A DNA stretch of 44,413 nucleotides, counting the filler, from a candidate division TA06 bacterium SM23_40 (GTDB lineage Bacteria; LJUI01; SM1-40), in assembly GCA_001303705.1 (NCBI GenBank). It is 4 parts of 4 records of this genome, joined end to end, with 100 filler letters (N's around TTAATTAATTAA, not from the genome) between each part and the next. Parts side by side here need not be neighbours in the genome. Positions count along the whole stretch, not along the records: positions 1 to 10,063 come from LJUI01000182.1; 3 more parts are not named here. One strand, given 5' to 3'. Shown here in pieces: positions 1 through 8,787 of the stretch. The translations under genes and the position numbers were made by a program. The notes below the pieces were generated by a model that saw nothing but the letters and a program-made list of their open reading frames with translations, made no database searches and was not told the DNA's origin. Each line of letters opens with the position of its first letter. Within the stretch, counting starts at the first letter, position 1.

Positions 1-836
1 GCGGGAAGTGCATCAGCACCGGAGGTATTCTCGATGCCAAGCAGATTCATATAAGCCGGCTCAGACGAGCCCGCATCGACAACCACGTCTTCGGTGCTCA
101 CATCCGACAGCGTCTCACTGTACAGACTAACCTCATGGTGAATACGCTCAAGCACATTTGCAGTAACGGCCGACTGCACCTTTGATGACGACGTGGCCAG
201 TCCCGCATTTGCGAATACGTGTCCATGCAAATTGTCCGGATGATCATGGCTAATGTCATCGTGTGTATGCGTCGTTGAACCGCCAGTCCCTCCACCGTCA
301 CCGGCAGCCAGGGCTCCCAGGATAAACTTCTCGCTGTAGTCCGTCGTGCCACCCGAGCCGGTAATGTCAAACCCGGTCGGGGCTTCCGCCTGATCCGTGA
401 AGCAAAATGCCCCATCGGGAATGAGCTTGTCACCGGTATCGGGTTTGATGATGATTGCCCGGACGAACGGAGGATCAGCTTCAAAGCTGGAGAGCGAGGT
501 CGAATCGTCCGCGTACGTGATAGTCGTAGACGCCGACGTGGAAGCATTGTGACCGTGCGTCAAGGCCGATACGGTGGAGCCAAAAATGTTGCTCTTGCGA
601 GTTATCGTAAAGCCTGGTGTGACCGAAGCCCCCGATACACTGTGCGTGTGGGCAACGCCGATCAGGGCGTGATTCTGGGTATGAATGTGGGCACCCCCGC
701 CCGTCCCCCGGCTGTCATCGGTGACACCCTGCAAATAGACGTCATCGAAATCCGTATCTCGTGACCAGCCGGACGGAATGGACGCCGCCGTGTTGATCCA
801 AAAGACTCTGCCATCCGTTGGAACTGCGTGGGCCAT
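1..836 (-). CDS. Phage tail-collar / short tail fibre-like protein with repeated HxH motifs (3' end beyond window; absent from ORF track)
   Basis: My translation from the ATG at 836 (overlapping the upstream TAA as TAATG) is open to base 1: MAHAVPTDGRVFWINTAASIPSGWSRDTDFDDVYLQG...GTGGGAHIH...HTH...HGH...DPPFVRAIII, then a second unit IPDGAFCF...APTGF...KFILG...GGTGGSTTHTH...HDH...HGH...EPAYMNLLGI. This is the tail-collar plus HxH metal-binding pattern. Confidence 0.8.
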   Translation of the reverse strand, partial: MAHAVPTDGRVFWINTAASIPSGWSRDTDFDDVYLQGVTDDSRGTGGGAHIHTQNHALIGVAHTHSVSGASVTPGFTITRKSNIFGSTVSALTHGHNASTSASTTITYADDSTSLSSFEADPPFVRAIIIKPDTGDKLIPDGAFCFTDQAEAPTGFDITGSGGTTDYSEKFILGALAAGDGGGTGGSTTHTHDDISHDHPDNLHGHVFANAGLATSSSKVQSAVTANVLERIHHEVSLYSETLSDVSTEDVVVDAGSSEPAYMNLLGIENTSGADALP

Positions 837-1057
837 TATGGATTCAATAGATCGGCCAAGGCACTCGCCGCCGCTGCCGCCCTTTGCCTGGCCTGTTGGA
901 TTAGCTGCATCGCATCGGTAAGGCTATCGGGTGCCACTCCGTCGATCCGCATCACGGCGTACACGGTATCCCGCTCGGCGAGAATCCTGTTCGCCTCCTC
1001 GTTGATGCCGCCCAAGAGCGAGGTAATCGCTTCCCTTTGCTCATCCGTCAAAGCCAT
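836..1057 (-). CDS. Small helical phage protein (73 aa, MALTDEQREAI...), possible fibre-associated protein
   Basis: AGGAG RBS precedes the ATG at 1057. It sits between two fibre-like genes with tight coupling. Confidence 0.7.
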   Translation of the reverse strand: MALTDEQREAITSLLGGINEEANRILAERDTVYAVMRIDGVAPDSLTDAMQLIQQARQRAAAAASALADLLNP

Positions 1058-1067
1058 CTCATAACTC

Positions 1068-3005
1068 CTACCAGGCATCACCCGCACTATGATCGAACAG
1101 CGTTCCGTACTTCGTCGTTCCCGCCGCCGTGCCGGCAATCATCACGTCGCCGTCATCCCCCTTTCCGGTCCCGTCGCTCATCCAAATGACCGCCTGACCC
1201 TCGGTGGGCTGAGTCGGATCGGATGATCGCTCAAGCAGATACAACTGTGACAACCAGCCATCGTTGAAACACTTGGAGGATGACCCGAGATTAATTTTGA
1301 GAGTCGTCTGGGGACGCATCTCCCGGAGTGTACCGTCCCCCAGCTCGATGTTGCCCGGATCGCCGATAGTCACAATGCCCTTTGTACCGTGACTTGTACT
1401 TGACACGTCCAGATTATCGCCGCTTCCGCCGCCACCATAGATCTGCGGACAGGTCAAGTCGGTCAGGAATGTCGGGGATGTCTGCATGACCGCGACCGTT
1501 CCCGTTCCCGTCTTCGCCGTAACGTCACTCAGATCCGCCAGGGCGACGGAGCCGAAGTCAACCGTCGGATCGCCGGAGACGCCATCACCATCCGAGACGG
1601 TCAGCTTGGCGGATCCGGCAGTGATGGTCCGAAAGGCATACGTCTCCGACGCCGTCCTCGTAACCAGGCCGTTCGAACCCAGATCGGAATGGAGAATGTA
1701 CTGTGTATGATCATCATCCCCAAGACCGTCAAGGGAGCCATGATCCACATCTCCATCATTGATCATGGAAGCATCGACATGCCCGCCTGCATCGAGCTTG
1801 ATCGGTTTTCCTGCATCCCCTGCCCCGGCAGAGACATTGATATGCTCCGCCTCGGTGAAGTAGCGGTTGTCCAACTGATGCTCACTCTCGGTGAAGTAGC
1901 GGTCGTCCAACTGTCCAGCATCCAGCTCGGTCTCCGTGTAGTACCTGGCATCACCCCTGGCGTCGTTGTGGTATTGGGAATGGTCATCAATATGCTCCGC
2001 CTCGGTGAAGTAGCGGTTGTCCAACTGACCCCCATCAAGCTCCGACTCAGTGTAGTACCGGGCATCCCCTCTCGCATCATTGTGGTATTGAGAGTGGTCG
2101 TCGTCAGCCAAACCACCGAGAGATCCGTGGTCAACATCCCCATCGTTGATCATGGAAGCATCAACGTGTCCGGCGGCGTCGAGCTTGATGGGCTTCCCGG
2201 CATCCCCGGCACCGGCGGATACGTTGATAAACTCACCGTGGAGATGAAGAGTGCTTGCCTCACTTCCATCCGTCAGTGTCTCCAACTCGGCACCCGTCGC
2301 CGTCGTATCCGAGTGTGAGGCAATCGTGTGTGACTCGGCATGGTGCTGATCGGAGGTCACACCCGTCAGGCTCGAATGGGCTCGACCTCCGAGGTTGGCC
2401 AGGTCAAGCCCTCCCTCAATGACCTCGATGCCTCCGGCGGCACGCTGGATCGTCGTCCCATCCGCCTTTACCTGGAGCTTCCCGGTAGAGAACTCCAGGC
2501 CGGGAGTCGCCGCCAGATCGACGGCTACGTCGATCTCGTCGTTCGCATCATCCTCGGATATGGCAACGCCGTCCTGGCCGACCAGGGAGTTGAACCGGAG
2601 GTCCACCCCGACCTTCGTCTCGTAGACGCCGACACCGGCCCCGAGGTTGGACGCCGTATTGACCTCCCCACCCCCTCCTCCGGGAAGATCTCCGACGTCG
2701 AACTTGCGGAGCTCCCCCTCGGACCTCCAGCCCAGGAGAAAATCCCCGGCCGCCGGGCTTCCCTCCTCCGTCAAGTCGGCGACCGCCACGCCCTCAATGT
2801 CACCGGCCCGGCGGACGAGGACGTTCTCCACCGCCATCGGAACGTCCTCAACCTTGAACTGGGACGAACCGGAGCCGGCGGGCTGATCCTGGCGGACGAG
2901 AACGGAGTAGTCGGTGGGAACGCCCCAAGTTCCTCCGTCAGGACGGGTCTCCATCGCATCCAGGACGTTGTTGAGAACTTCAAGGACTTCCTCGATCGTC
3001 GCCAT
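1068..3005 (-). CDS. Phage tail fibre-like protein with His/Asp-rich internal repeats (645 aa)
   Basis: Gly/Asp/Thr-rich, with repeats HINVSAGAGDAGKPIKLDA..HGSL.GL.DDDH.QY and D.RY(Y/F)TE.E typical of phage fibre proteins. Coupled to its neighbours. Confidence 0.75.
   Translation of the reverse strand: MATIEEVLEVLNNVLDAMETRPDGGTWGVPTDYSVLVRQDQPAGSGSSQFKVEDVPMAVENVLVRRAGDIEGVAVADLTEEGSPAAGDFLLGWRSEGELRKFDVGDLPGGGGGEVNTASNLGAGVGVYETKVGVDLRFNSLVGQDGVAISEDDANDEIDVAVDLAATPGLEFSTGKLQVKADGTTIQRAAGGIEVIEGGLDLANLGGRAHSSLTGVTSDQHHAESHTIASHSDTTATGAELETLTDGSEASTLHLHGEFINVSAGAGDAGKPIKLDAAGHVDASMINDGDVDHGSLGGLADDDHSQYHNDARGDARYYTESELDGGQLDNRYFTEAEHIDDHSQYHNDARGDARYYTETELDAGQLDDRYFTESEHQLDNRYFTEAEHINVSAGAGDAGKPIKLDAGGHVDASMINDGDVDHGSLDGLGDDDHTQYILHSDLGSNGLVTRTASETYAFRTITAGSAKLTVSDGDGVSGDPTVDFGSVALADLSDVTAKTGTGTVAVMQTSPTFLTDLTCPQIYGGGGSGDNLDVSSTSHGTKGIVTIGDPGNIELGDGTLREMRPQTTLKINLGSSSKCFNDGWLSQLYLLERSSDPTQPTEGQAVIWMSDGTGKGDDGDVMIAGTAAGTTKYGTLFDHSAGDAW
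1840..2028. repeat. Exact 39-nt direct repeat, copies 150 nt apart (1840-1878 and 1990-2028)
   Basis: atatgctccgcctcggtgaagtagcggttgtccaactga occurs twice, identically, within the fibre gene. Confidence 0.95.
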
Positions 3006-3202
3006 TACCGCATCACCGTGCCTACATCGAAGTGCTCAACGTAGGCTGTTCCAGCCGTGTCGCACTTGCATTGCTTGGAAACATGGAGCTCCCTCCGGGT
3101 TACATTGTAGTACAGCCTGACCCGGTGCTCCTGCGTCGTACCGCAGTTGCTACACGCCAGGTCCTCGCGGGCCTCCAACAACAGAACCTCGACGTCGGCC
3201 AT
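3005..3202 (-). CDS. Small Cys-containing (CxxC...CxC) phage protein, possible zinc ribbon
   Basis: 65 aa with CSNC and CKC. Start and stop overlap both neighbours (TGATG, TAATG). Confidence 0.7.
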   Translation of the reverse strand: MADVEVLLLEAREDLACSNCGTTQEHRVRLYYNVTRRELHVSKQCKCDTAGTAYVEHFDVGTVMR

Positions 3203-5172
3203 CAGGCAGCCTCCTCGATCCGGAGAGTATACGGAAGTCCGAGGTCGATGAAGTCCGTGTCCAGGCAGCGGACGTAGGTTCCATCGGCATCGAAGTTCCC
3301 TCCACTGTCGGTGATCGTGAACTTCCCCTCGGCGGGAGTCGTATTCTCGACGTACTCCAACTCCTTCACGCCGACGATCTCGCAGGACAGCTTGTTGGCA
3401 TTATCCTTGTTCGAAACCTGCGTTCCGATGGGGTTGTAGTGCTCATACGCCGCCATCGCCACGTCACGGGATTCGAAGCCACCGACGGTGTACGTCGGAT
3501 CAGCACTGATCGAAGCCTTCGATATTCCACTACCAGTCACAGCGTCAACCCCCTCCCAACTGTACGTCTCAGCCCCCGTGTTCTTCCGATCGTCCTCCTG
3601 GATCGTAATCGTGTTCGTCCAGGTCTTGTCCGGAGCCGAGCCGGACCAGGCACCCAGGGCCGGACCGTCATCCGCGGGAGGCCCGGCATCCCTCGTCGTC
3701 GTATAACTCTTCAGCTCGAAATCGCTGACGGCAGTCAGGGAGTACGTCTTGTCCCCTCCCGTGGCACGGGAACGCAGGCGTGACTCCGCTCCGTTCATGT
3801 TGATCGTCGCCGAGGCGTTGCAGATTTTGATCAGGTAGGAGGTGCTGCTCTGCTTGCCGTTCGCCTTGCGGCGTGACGTCAGGGTGACATTCGTCCCGCT
3901 GTCCCGGTAGAGGCCGGACAGGAACGTATACGTCTTCGTCTCGGCATAGGCTCCCGAGTCCGTAACCGTGACTTCGGAGGAGGTATAGGATATATGATCA
4001 TTGCCGGCGGACCAGTTCGTGATCTCGACGTCGCCCGTGCAGGAGTCCCCGGCCTTGAGGGCGAAGTTGTCTGCAGGAGAGAAGACGAGGTTGTGGAGAC
4101 TCGTATAGGAGTGACTCGCCTGGTCCATCGAGATCGACGGAGTGTCATCGGACGTTCCGTAAGAGCCGCCGTCCCGGTTGGCCTTGACCGTGAACACCTG
4201 GGAGCCCGTTCCACTCCCGCAGGTTACGGGTCCGATGACATGCGTCCCGGCCGCGTACGTGTCATCGAAGTGCTGATCCGACCCCGTGCCGGCACCACCT
4301 GATGCCACGGTGATCCTCGTAGCCGAGCTGTCAAGTGTCACCTGGACGTAGACTTCGTCTCCGGACTTGACCGCCGTCTGCAGGCCGGTGTCCGGCGAGG
4401 TCGGATACTCACCGGAGGAGAACCCTCCTCCATTCTGCCCCCAATCGGCACTCGAACAGGCGGGAGGTTCAGCCAAACGGGTGTACGTGCACGTTGCCGT
4501 ATCCCCATCCGACATCGTGGCCGTCAGGACCCCCGACGTATCCGCGTCCGTCAGGTTTACGGAGGCCGTCCAGATCCGGCTGCTTCCCACCTGGGTCCAG
4601 TTCTGCCTCTCGACGGTTACGGGTGTGGCACCCCCACCGGAAACGGTGACGGAGTCCGGCATCCAGGACCCTGAACGGCTGTGAATCTCAAGAGTCACGG
4701 TGATGTCATCGTTGTCCGAAGAGAACGCCGTAAGAATCTTGTCCGCAGGAACCGTATCCGCCTCGTAGGTCTTGCCGCTGATGACCCCGGCCCCCGTGGC
4801 GTCCGTGAAGTAGACGGTGGACAGAATGACATGGGACCGGAGCGCCTTGATCTCGTAGGAGAGGGAAAGAGCACCCACGACAAGGGTCCGGGCCACGAGC
4901 ATCCGGCTCCCTCCCACCTGGCTCTGGAGAGACTGAGCCTTTCCAAGGAGCTTGCCGATACGGGAGTCCAGGCCGGCCGGAACGGAGCTGCCGCTCCAGA
5001 GAGTCTTCAGGGCTTCGTACTCCCTGACTAAAGCTTCGATGCAATTCGTTACCAAGATCAGGTAGGATTCCTCCTCCTTCGTCCCGGTAGGCTGCTCGCG
5101 GAGCTGCTGGAAGAGGTCCATCGGAGCCATTGAGGACCCGATGACCTTGGCGGATTTCGGATCGAGAGCCAT
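3202..5172 (-). CDS. Large phage structural protein (short helical N-terminus, then Ser/Thr/Gly-rich beta-type region)
   Basis: Long ORF with strong GC3 bias. The start is placed at ATG 5172 (MALDPKSAK) because the track's extension to 5361 overlaps the divergent PLA2-like gene. Confidence 0.7.
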   Translation of the reverse strand: MALDPKSAKVIGSSMAPMDLFQQLREQPTGTKEEESYLILVTNCIEALVREYEALKTLWSGSSVPAGLDSRIGKLLGKAQSLQSQVGGSRMLVARTLVVGALSLSYEIKALRSHVILSTVYFTDATGAGVISGKTYEADTVPADKILTAFSSDNDDITVTLEIHSRSGSWMPDSVTVSGGGATPVTVERQNWTQVGSSRIWTASVNLTDADTSGVLTATMSDGDTATCTYTRLAEPPACSSADWGQNGGGFSSGEYPTSPDTGLQTAVKSGDEVYVQVTLDSSATRITVASGGAGTGSDQHFDDTYAAGTHVIGPVTCGSGTGSQVFTVKANRDGGSYGTSDDTPSISMDQASHSYTSLHNLVFSPADNFALKAGDSCTGDVEITNWSAGNDHISYTSSEVTVTDSGAYAETKTYTFLSGLYRDSGTNVTLTSRRKANGKQSSTSYLIKICNASATINMNGAESRLRSRATGGDKTYSLTAVSDFELKSYTTTRDAGPPADDGPALGAWSGSAPDKTWTNTITIQEDDRKNTGAETYSWEGVDAVTGSGISKASISADPTYTVGGFESRDVAMAAYEHYNPIGTQVSNKDNANKLSCEIVGVKELEYVENTTPAEGKFTITDSGGNFDADGTYVRCLDTDFIDLGLPYTLRIEEAA

Positions 5173-5182
5173 GTCACCCTTG

Positions 5183-5211
5183 ATTCTGAAGCCCGGATCA
5201 TGTAAAGTCAA
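5183..5211 (-). promoter_or_regulatory. Candidate sigma70 promoter for the minus-strand structural operon
   Basis: TTGACT-17 nt-CAGAAT on the minus strand, 10 nt upstream of ATG 5172. Confidence 0.4.
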
Positions 5212-5263
5212 GGTGGAGGGAGAAGCGTTCCGCCCCGGCGGATCCTCGACAAGGAGAAACAGC

Positions 5264-5755
5264 ATGACATCTACGTTCCCTCCGTACGACCCAAAGAAGA
5301 AATACTGCGGACCCGGCAGAGGCTTCATTACCTGGCTCGTGCCCGACAAGCTGCTCGGCATCGGGCTGAACTACTGTTGCTACAAGCATGACAAGGCGTA
5401 CCAGGAAGGAGGCACCGAGCAGGATCGGATGAAGGCCGACAGGAACCTCCAGGAGTGCATCCGCAGGAAGCTGCTGGAATCCAAGTGGATGCCGAACGCC
5501 ATTGCCTGCTGGGTGGCACACCGGTACTTCCGGGCAGTAAGGCTGCTGGGAAGCTCCTGCTTCACGTACAGGGAAGGTCCGTACCAGGAAGCCCTGGAGA
5601 GGCTTGCCGGAAAAGCCTTGAGAGCAGCCCGAGCCGAATTTACACCAGGACCCGGATGGTTCATCCCAGAGCACAAGCTGGCTGAGTTCCCAAAGCAGGA
5701 GAGAACCCTGCTGGAGAAGCTGCTTCCAAAGGAGAAACCCGATGATACGGCGTGA
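5264..5755 (+). CDS. Phospholipase A2-like / DUF1353-like His-Asp phage protein
   Basis: AAGGAG RBS before ATG 5264. Motif YCGPG...CCYKHDKAY...DRMKAD matches the PLA2-type Ca-loop and HD pattern. Confidence 0.7.
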   Translation: MTSTFPPYDPKKKYCGPGRGFITWLVPDKLLGIGLNYCCYKHDKAYQEGGTEQDRMKADRNLQECIRRKLLESKWMPNAIACWVAHRYFRAVRLLGSSCFTYREGPYQEALERLAGKALRAARAEFTPGPGWFIPEHKLAEFPKQERTLLEKLLPKEKPDDTA

Positions 5756-5961
5756 ATTCCCCACCGCTCCATAGCCGCAGGAGAAACGATACGGATGGAA
5801 ATCACGTGATCCAACGCAACTCAACTGGAGAGAAGAGGGGTGGAGAACAGGATAGAGTTGAGTTGACCATACTTTCATTGAAAGGTGGGATCCTGTACGA
5901 CATCAATCTTCCCGGTACGGAGCCGGGGCACCCCTCTCTCTCTTTCAAGGATGAAGGATGA
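5742..5961 (+). CDS. Small phage hypothetical protein (start either GTG 5752 or ATG 5742 with a +1 shift)
   Basis: ORF 5752-5961 overlaps the upstream stop (GTGA). The best RBS (AAGGAG, about 5729) serves ATG 5742, which is one frame off. Confidence 0.4.
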
Positions 5962-5992
5962 AGGATGAGAAACAAAGAAGGAGAAACAGACT

Positions 5993-6656
5993 ATGAACTG
6001 TCAACCGATCTATGGTAGAGGACCCATCCCCGTAGGCCCGCTGGAGGGCCTGGGCCACCCTCCCCCCACCCATCCGCTTGATTGCTTCGCCGTGTCCCTC
6101 GAAATCAACAAGATCGAGTGGCTTGACGAGGCAATAGCGGGACTGAAGAAGTGGAGCCACGAGGTCGGACTGAAGAGAGCCTTCATCCTGAAAACAAGTA
6201 GGAGAAAAGCCGGAGATTGAGCCCGATTGGAAACTCATCCATCGCGGACTCCAATGGCTTCCCCCGTTACTGACGTACTGCTGGTACCCGACCGTGACCT
6301 CGGAGAGGGCCGACATCCGGAGCTTCCAGGAGAGATTCCTCCACCATGCCCTCGCAATCCTCCCGAAGGTCAGGATGATCGACCTGTCCATCTCCAGCCC
6401 CGGAGCCATGAGGGCGTGGACCCGGTTCACGAAGGCCAACCACCAACACCTGGAGAGGATGAAGGAAACCTTCACACTCCCCGAAATGATCCGGATGCTC
6501 TACTTCTACGGAGACGGTGCCGGCTACTGGGACGACTGGCATTTCCCACTGGTAAAGAATCTGGTTCCTCCCTGGCAGGACATCCTCATCTACACGGGAT
6601 GGTCCCGCTGGCCCGCGGAGGGGTTGCTGAAGGCCGTGAAAGCGGCCCAGGAATGA
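5993..6656 (+). CDS. Phage hypothetical protein, apparently split by a +1 frameshift at AAAA 6191-6194
   Basis: Strong RBS before ATG 5993. The frame of ORF 6294-6656 is open and coding-like from 6195 (QVGEKPEIEPDWKLIHRG...) with no ATG/GTG/TTG start before GTG 6294. Confidence 0.5.
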
Positions 6657-6815
6657 CGTCCATCGTACTCACTCAGAATGAAATCATCAGGGGTGGAATC
6701 TGTGACAAGGTTCATCACGGACGGGCGGCCCGAGAACGCAGAGGCGGATCAAGCACATCGGAGGTGGGTGGTACGGGATGCCGGAAGGCCTGAGGAGAGT
6801 TCCCCGGAGGAGTAA
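6653..6815 (+). CDS. Small phage hypothetical protein, possibly with a +1 shift at GGGG 6690-6693
   Basis: ATGA overlap with the upstream stop. The shifted frame ends at TAA 6813-6815, just before the resolvase ATG. Confidence 0.35.
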
Positions 6816-6818
6816 TCC

Positions 6819-7403
6819 ATGATCATCATCGGCATCGACAACGGATTGGACGGGGGAATCGCCGCCGTGTCCATCGGAGGTGAGGTCCTCCTCGTAAGAG
6901 CCACCCCGACAGCCAAGCCGGCGAATGGAAAGACGAACAGACGTCTCCACTACGAGAGTGAGATGGTAACGATCCTGGAGAATCTCAAGAGCCTGCGAGG
7001 AAGAGATGGAAGCCTCCAGGCCTACATCGAGTTCGCCCAGGCGATGCCGGTCATCCGGAAGGGAAAGCCAACCGAAGGTGTACAGGGAACGGCATCAGCC
7101 TTCACTTTCGGAGTCGGACACGGACTCTGGCGGGGAATGCTCGCCGCACTGGGAGTCCCCTACACGATTGTTCATCCGAAGACCTGGCAGAAGGAGATGT
7201 TCAAGGACATCCGGAAGGTCAAGGACACGAAGAAAGCCTCCATCATCACGGCCGGGAGGCTCTTCCCGAAGGTCAACCTCCTCCCCTCCGGAAAGGCCAG
7301 GAAGGAATCCCACGGGATGAGTGATGCCCTGTTGATGGCCGAATACGGAAGAAGGCAAATTGTGAGAAAGAGAAATGACGAATCTGGACATCTCACTGCT
7401 TGA
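6819..7403 (+). CDS. RuvC-like Holliday junction resolvase (phage type)
   Basis: IIGIDNGLDGGIA...YIE...SAFTFG.G.GLW...VHPKTWQK...SDALLMAEYG carries the RuvC acidic residues. GGAGG RBS. Confidence 0.88.
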   Translation: MIIIGIDNGLDGGIAAVSIGGEVLLVRATPTAKPANGKTNRRLHYESEMVTILENLKSLRGRDGSLQAYIEFAQAMPVIRKGKPTEGVQGTASAFTFGVGHGLWRGMLAALGVPYTIVHPKTWQKEMFKDIRKVKDTKKASIITAGRLFPKVNLLPSGKARKESHGMSDALLMAEYGRRQIVRKRNDESGHLTA

Positions 7404-7731
7404 CGAGATGGAAAAGGTCATACGGTCCCACTTCGAGAAGGCTGGATTGGATGTTGAGTTCGCAATCTCGGCTTCTGGAGATTCTATCTTCCTTCCCCTT
7501 GCCCTTCATTCTGACGATGAAGATGAGGAGATACAGGAGGAAGGAACTTATGGATTGACTGAATTCATCCAGACTTTAGTGAGAGAACGCAGGCCCCTGG
7601 ATGGATACCGATTGGAAGGATCACTTGCCTTCCCCCTCATTGAACTCCGAACAGCGAAGGATCCCATCAAGATTGTTGTCTCCAAGACAAGAGACTTCAT
7701 AGGCAGATGGAAGGACATGATTGCCGAGTGA
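7375..7731 (+). CDS. Phage hypothetical protein (118 aa, acidic)
   Basis: Co-oriented ORF overlapping the resolvase end. Confidence 0.65.
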   Translation: MTNLDISLLDEMEKVIRSHFEKAGLDVEFAISASGDSIFLPLALHSDDEDEEIQEEGTYGLTEFIQTLVRERRPLDGYRLEGSLAFPLIELRTAKDPIKIVVSKTRDFIGRWKDMIAE

Positions 7732-7787
7732 AAGACAACACAACAGGCTCCTCCGGATGACCGAGACATTGACATAGGAGAAACAGG

Positions 7788-8034
7788 ATGACTGATGAAG
7801 AATACCGCGAGGCACTGGAGAAGGAACTCCCCGTGCGCGGAGATGGAGGCCTTCTTCTCGATCTTCCACCCGCTGCTTCAGATTGCAATCAAGCAGCACG
7901 CATCCCCGAGTGTACCCAGGGAGGTCCGAAGAGAGATTGATGGAGAGTTCATCAAGGAAGTCGCCACGAAATCATGGAGTCTGATCCGCCCCTGCCTGGA
8001 GATGGTGATCGACGAAAGGAGAAAACAGCGATGA
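7788..8034 (+). CDS. Phage hypothetical protein, apparently with a +1 shift near CCCC 7829-7832
   Basis: AGGAG RBS before ATG 7788 (MTDEEYREALEKEL). Coding-like sequence continues in the +1 frame (EMEAFFSIFHPLLQ...). Confidence 0.5.
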
Positions 8035-8052
8035 ATATCAAGGTTGACCTGG

Positions 8053-8376
8053 ATGGCTAAGACCTCCAGGAGAATGAGATCCCGTCCTCCCCTCGTCGAG
8101 GTCCTCTGGATGGACTCCTCCAGCACGACGGGATGGAAGACCGTGGAGAGGGTCCGGGAATGGATCGAGGAAGGCATCTATGAGGCCCTGACGGTCGGGT
8201 TCCTTCTCTATGAAGACAGGAATGAAGTCGTCATCGCCCAAACCCTGTCCCAGAAGTTCTTCGACCCAGGGGAGGATGATAGCTGGTCCTCCGTGGACTG
8301 CATGTTCCGCATTCCCAAGAAGTGCATCAAGAGGAAAACGATACTGAGAGCAGGAACGGTGACATGGAAGGGATAG
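8053..8376 (+). CDS. Conserved-type phage hypothetical protein
   Basis: Pattern LVEVLWMDS..TGW...TVGFLLYED...VVIAQT...IPK.CI, which I recognise from small phage proteins of unknown function. Confidence 0.7.
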   Translation: MAKTSRRMRSRPPLVEVLWMDSSSTTGWKTVERVREWIEEGIYEALTVGFLLYEDRNEVVIAQTLSQKFFDPGEDDSWSSVDCMFRIPKKCIKRKTILRAGTVTWKG

Positions 8377-8703
8377 GAGAAGGCATCGAGAAACAGGTCG
8401 AAAGGGATGACAGAGTAGTGGCAGCCCTCCACCTGGGATTTACTACAGTGTCAAGACGGGGGGTTATTCCCCCTTAAATCCCCTCGTGGGGGTCTCCGGG
8501 GGTCCGCGTTTTGGGCATAATGCGGCCCGCACTCCGCACTGCTCCCTCGTCCCGCTCACCGACTCCCCATCCCCGCTGCCATCGACCCGACACCCCGCTC
8601 TGCCGCTCCGGCTGGCGACGTCATTGCATCGAGGCGACTGGCGTGCGGGGCGATCTACGATCCAGGTCAATCATGCTGGGGGTGAATCATTCGGATTTTT
8701 CCC

Positions 8704-8732
8704 TTGACAAACACCCTACCATGTGGTAGACT
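8704..8732 (+). promoter_or_regulatory. Sigma70-type promoter heading the small-gene (early-like) block
   Basis: TTGACA-17 nt-TAGACT with TG just upstream of the -10. Confidence 0.7.
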
Positions 8733-8787
8733 ACTAGTGGCGATGCAGTCTCACACACGTAGTGTGCTGCAATGACGCCAGAGGATC

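Noticed and set aside
1700..2240. Possible DGR template/variable repeat pair in the fibre gene
   Set aside because: Copies are in-frame within one gene, differences are mostly synonymous rather than adenine-specific, and there is no reverse transcriptase in the window.
5173..5361. N-terminal extension of the 719-aa ORF, and the 5141 start of the PLA2-like ORF
   Set aside because: The two overlap on opposite strands. Better-supported starts exist at 5172 (-) and 5264 (+).
5742..8034. Stop-codon reassignment in the phage
   Set aside because: Reading through TAG or TGA does not join the broken ORFs, which need frame changes. TAA, TAG and TGA all end well-coupled genes.
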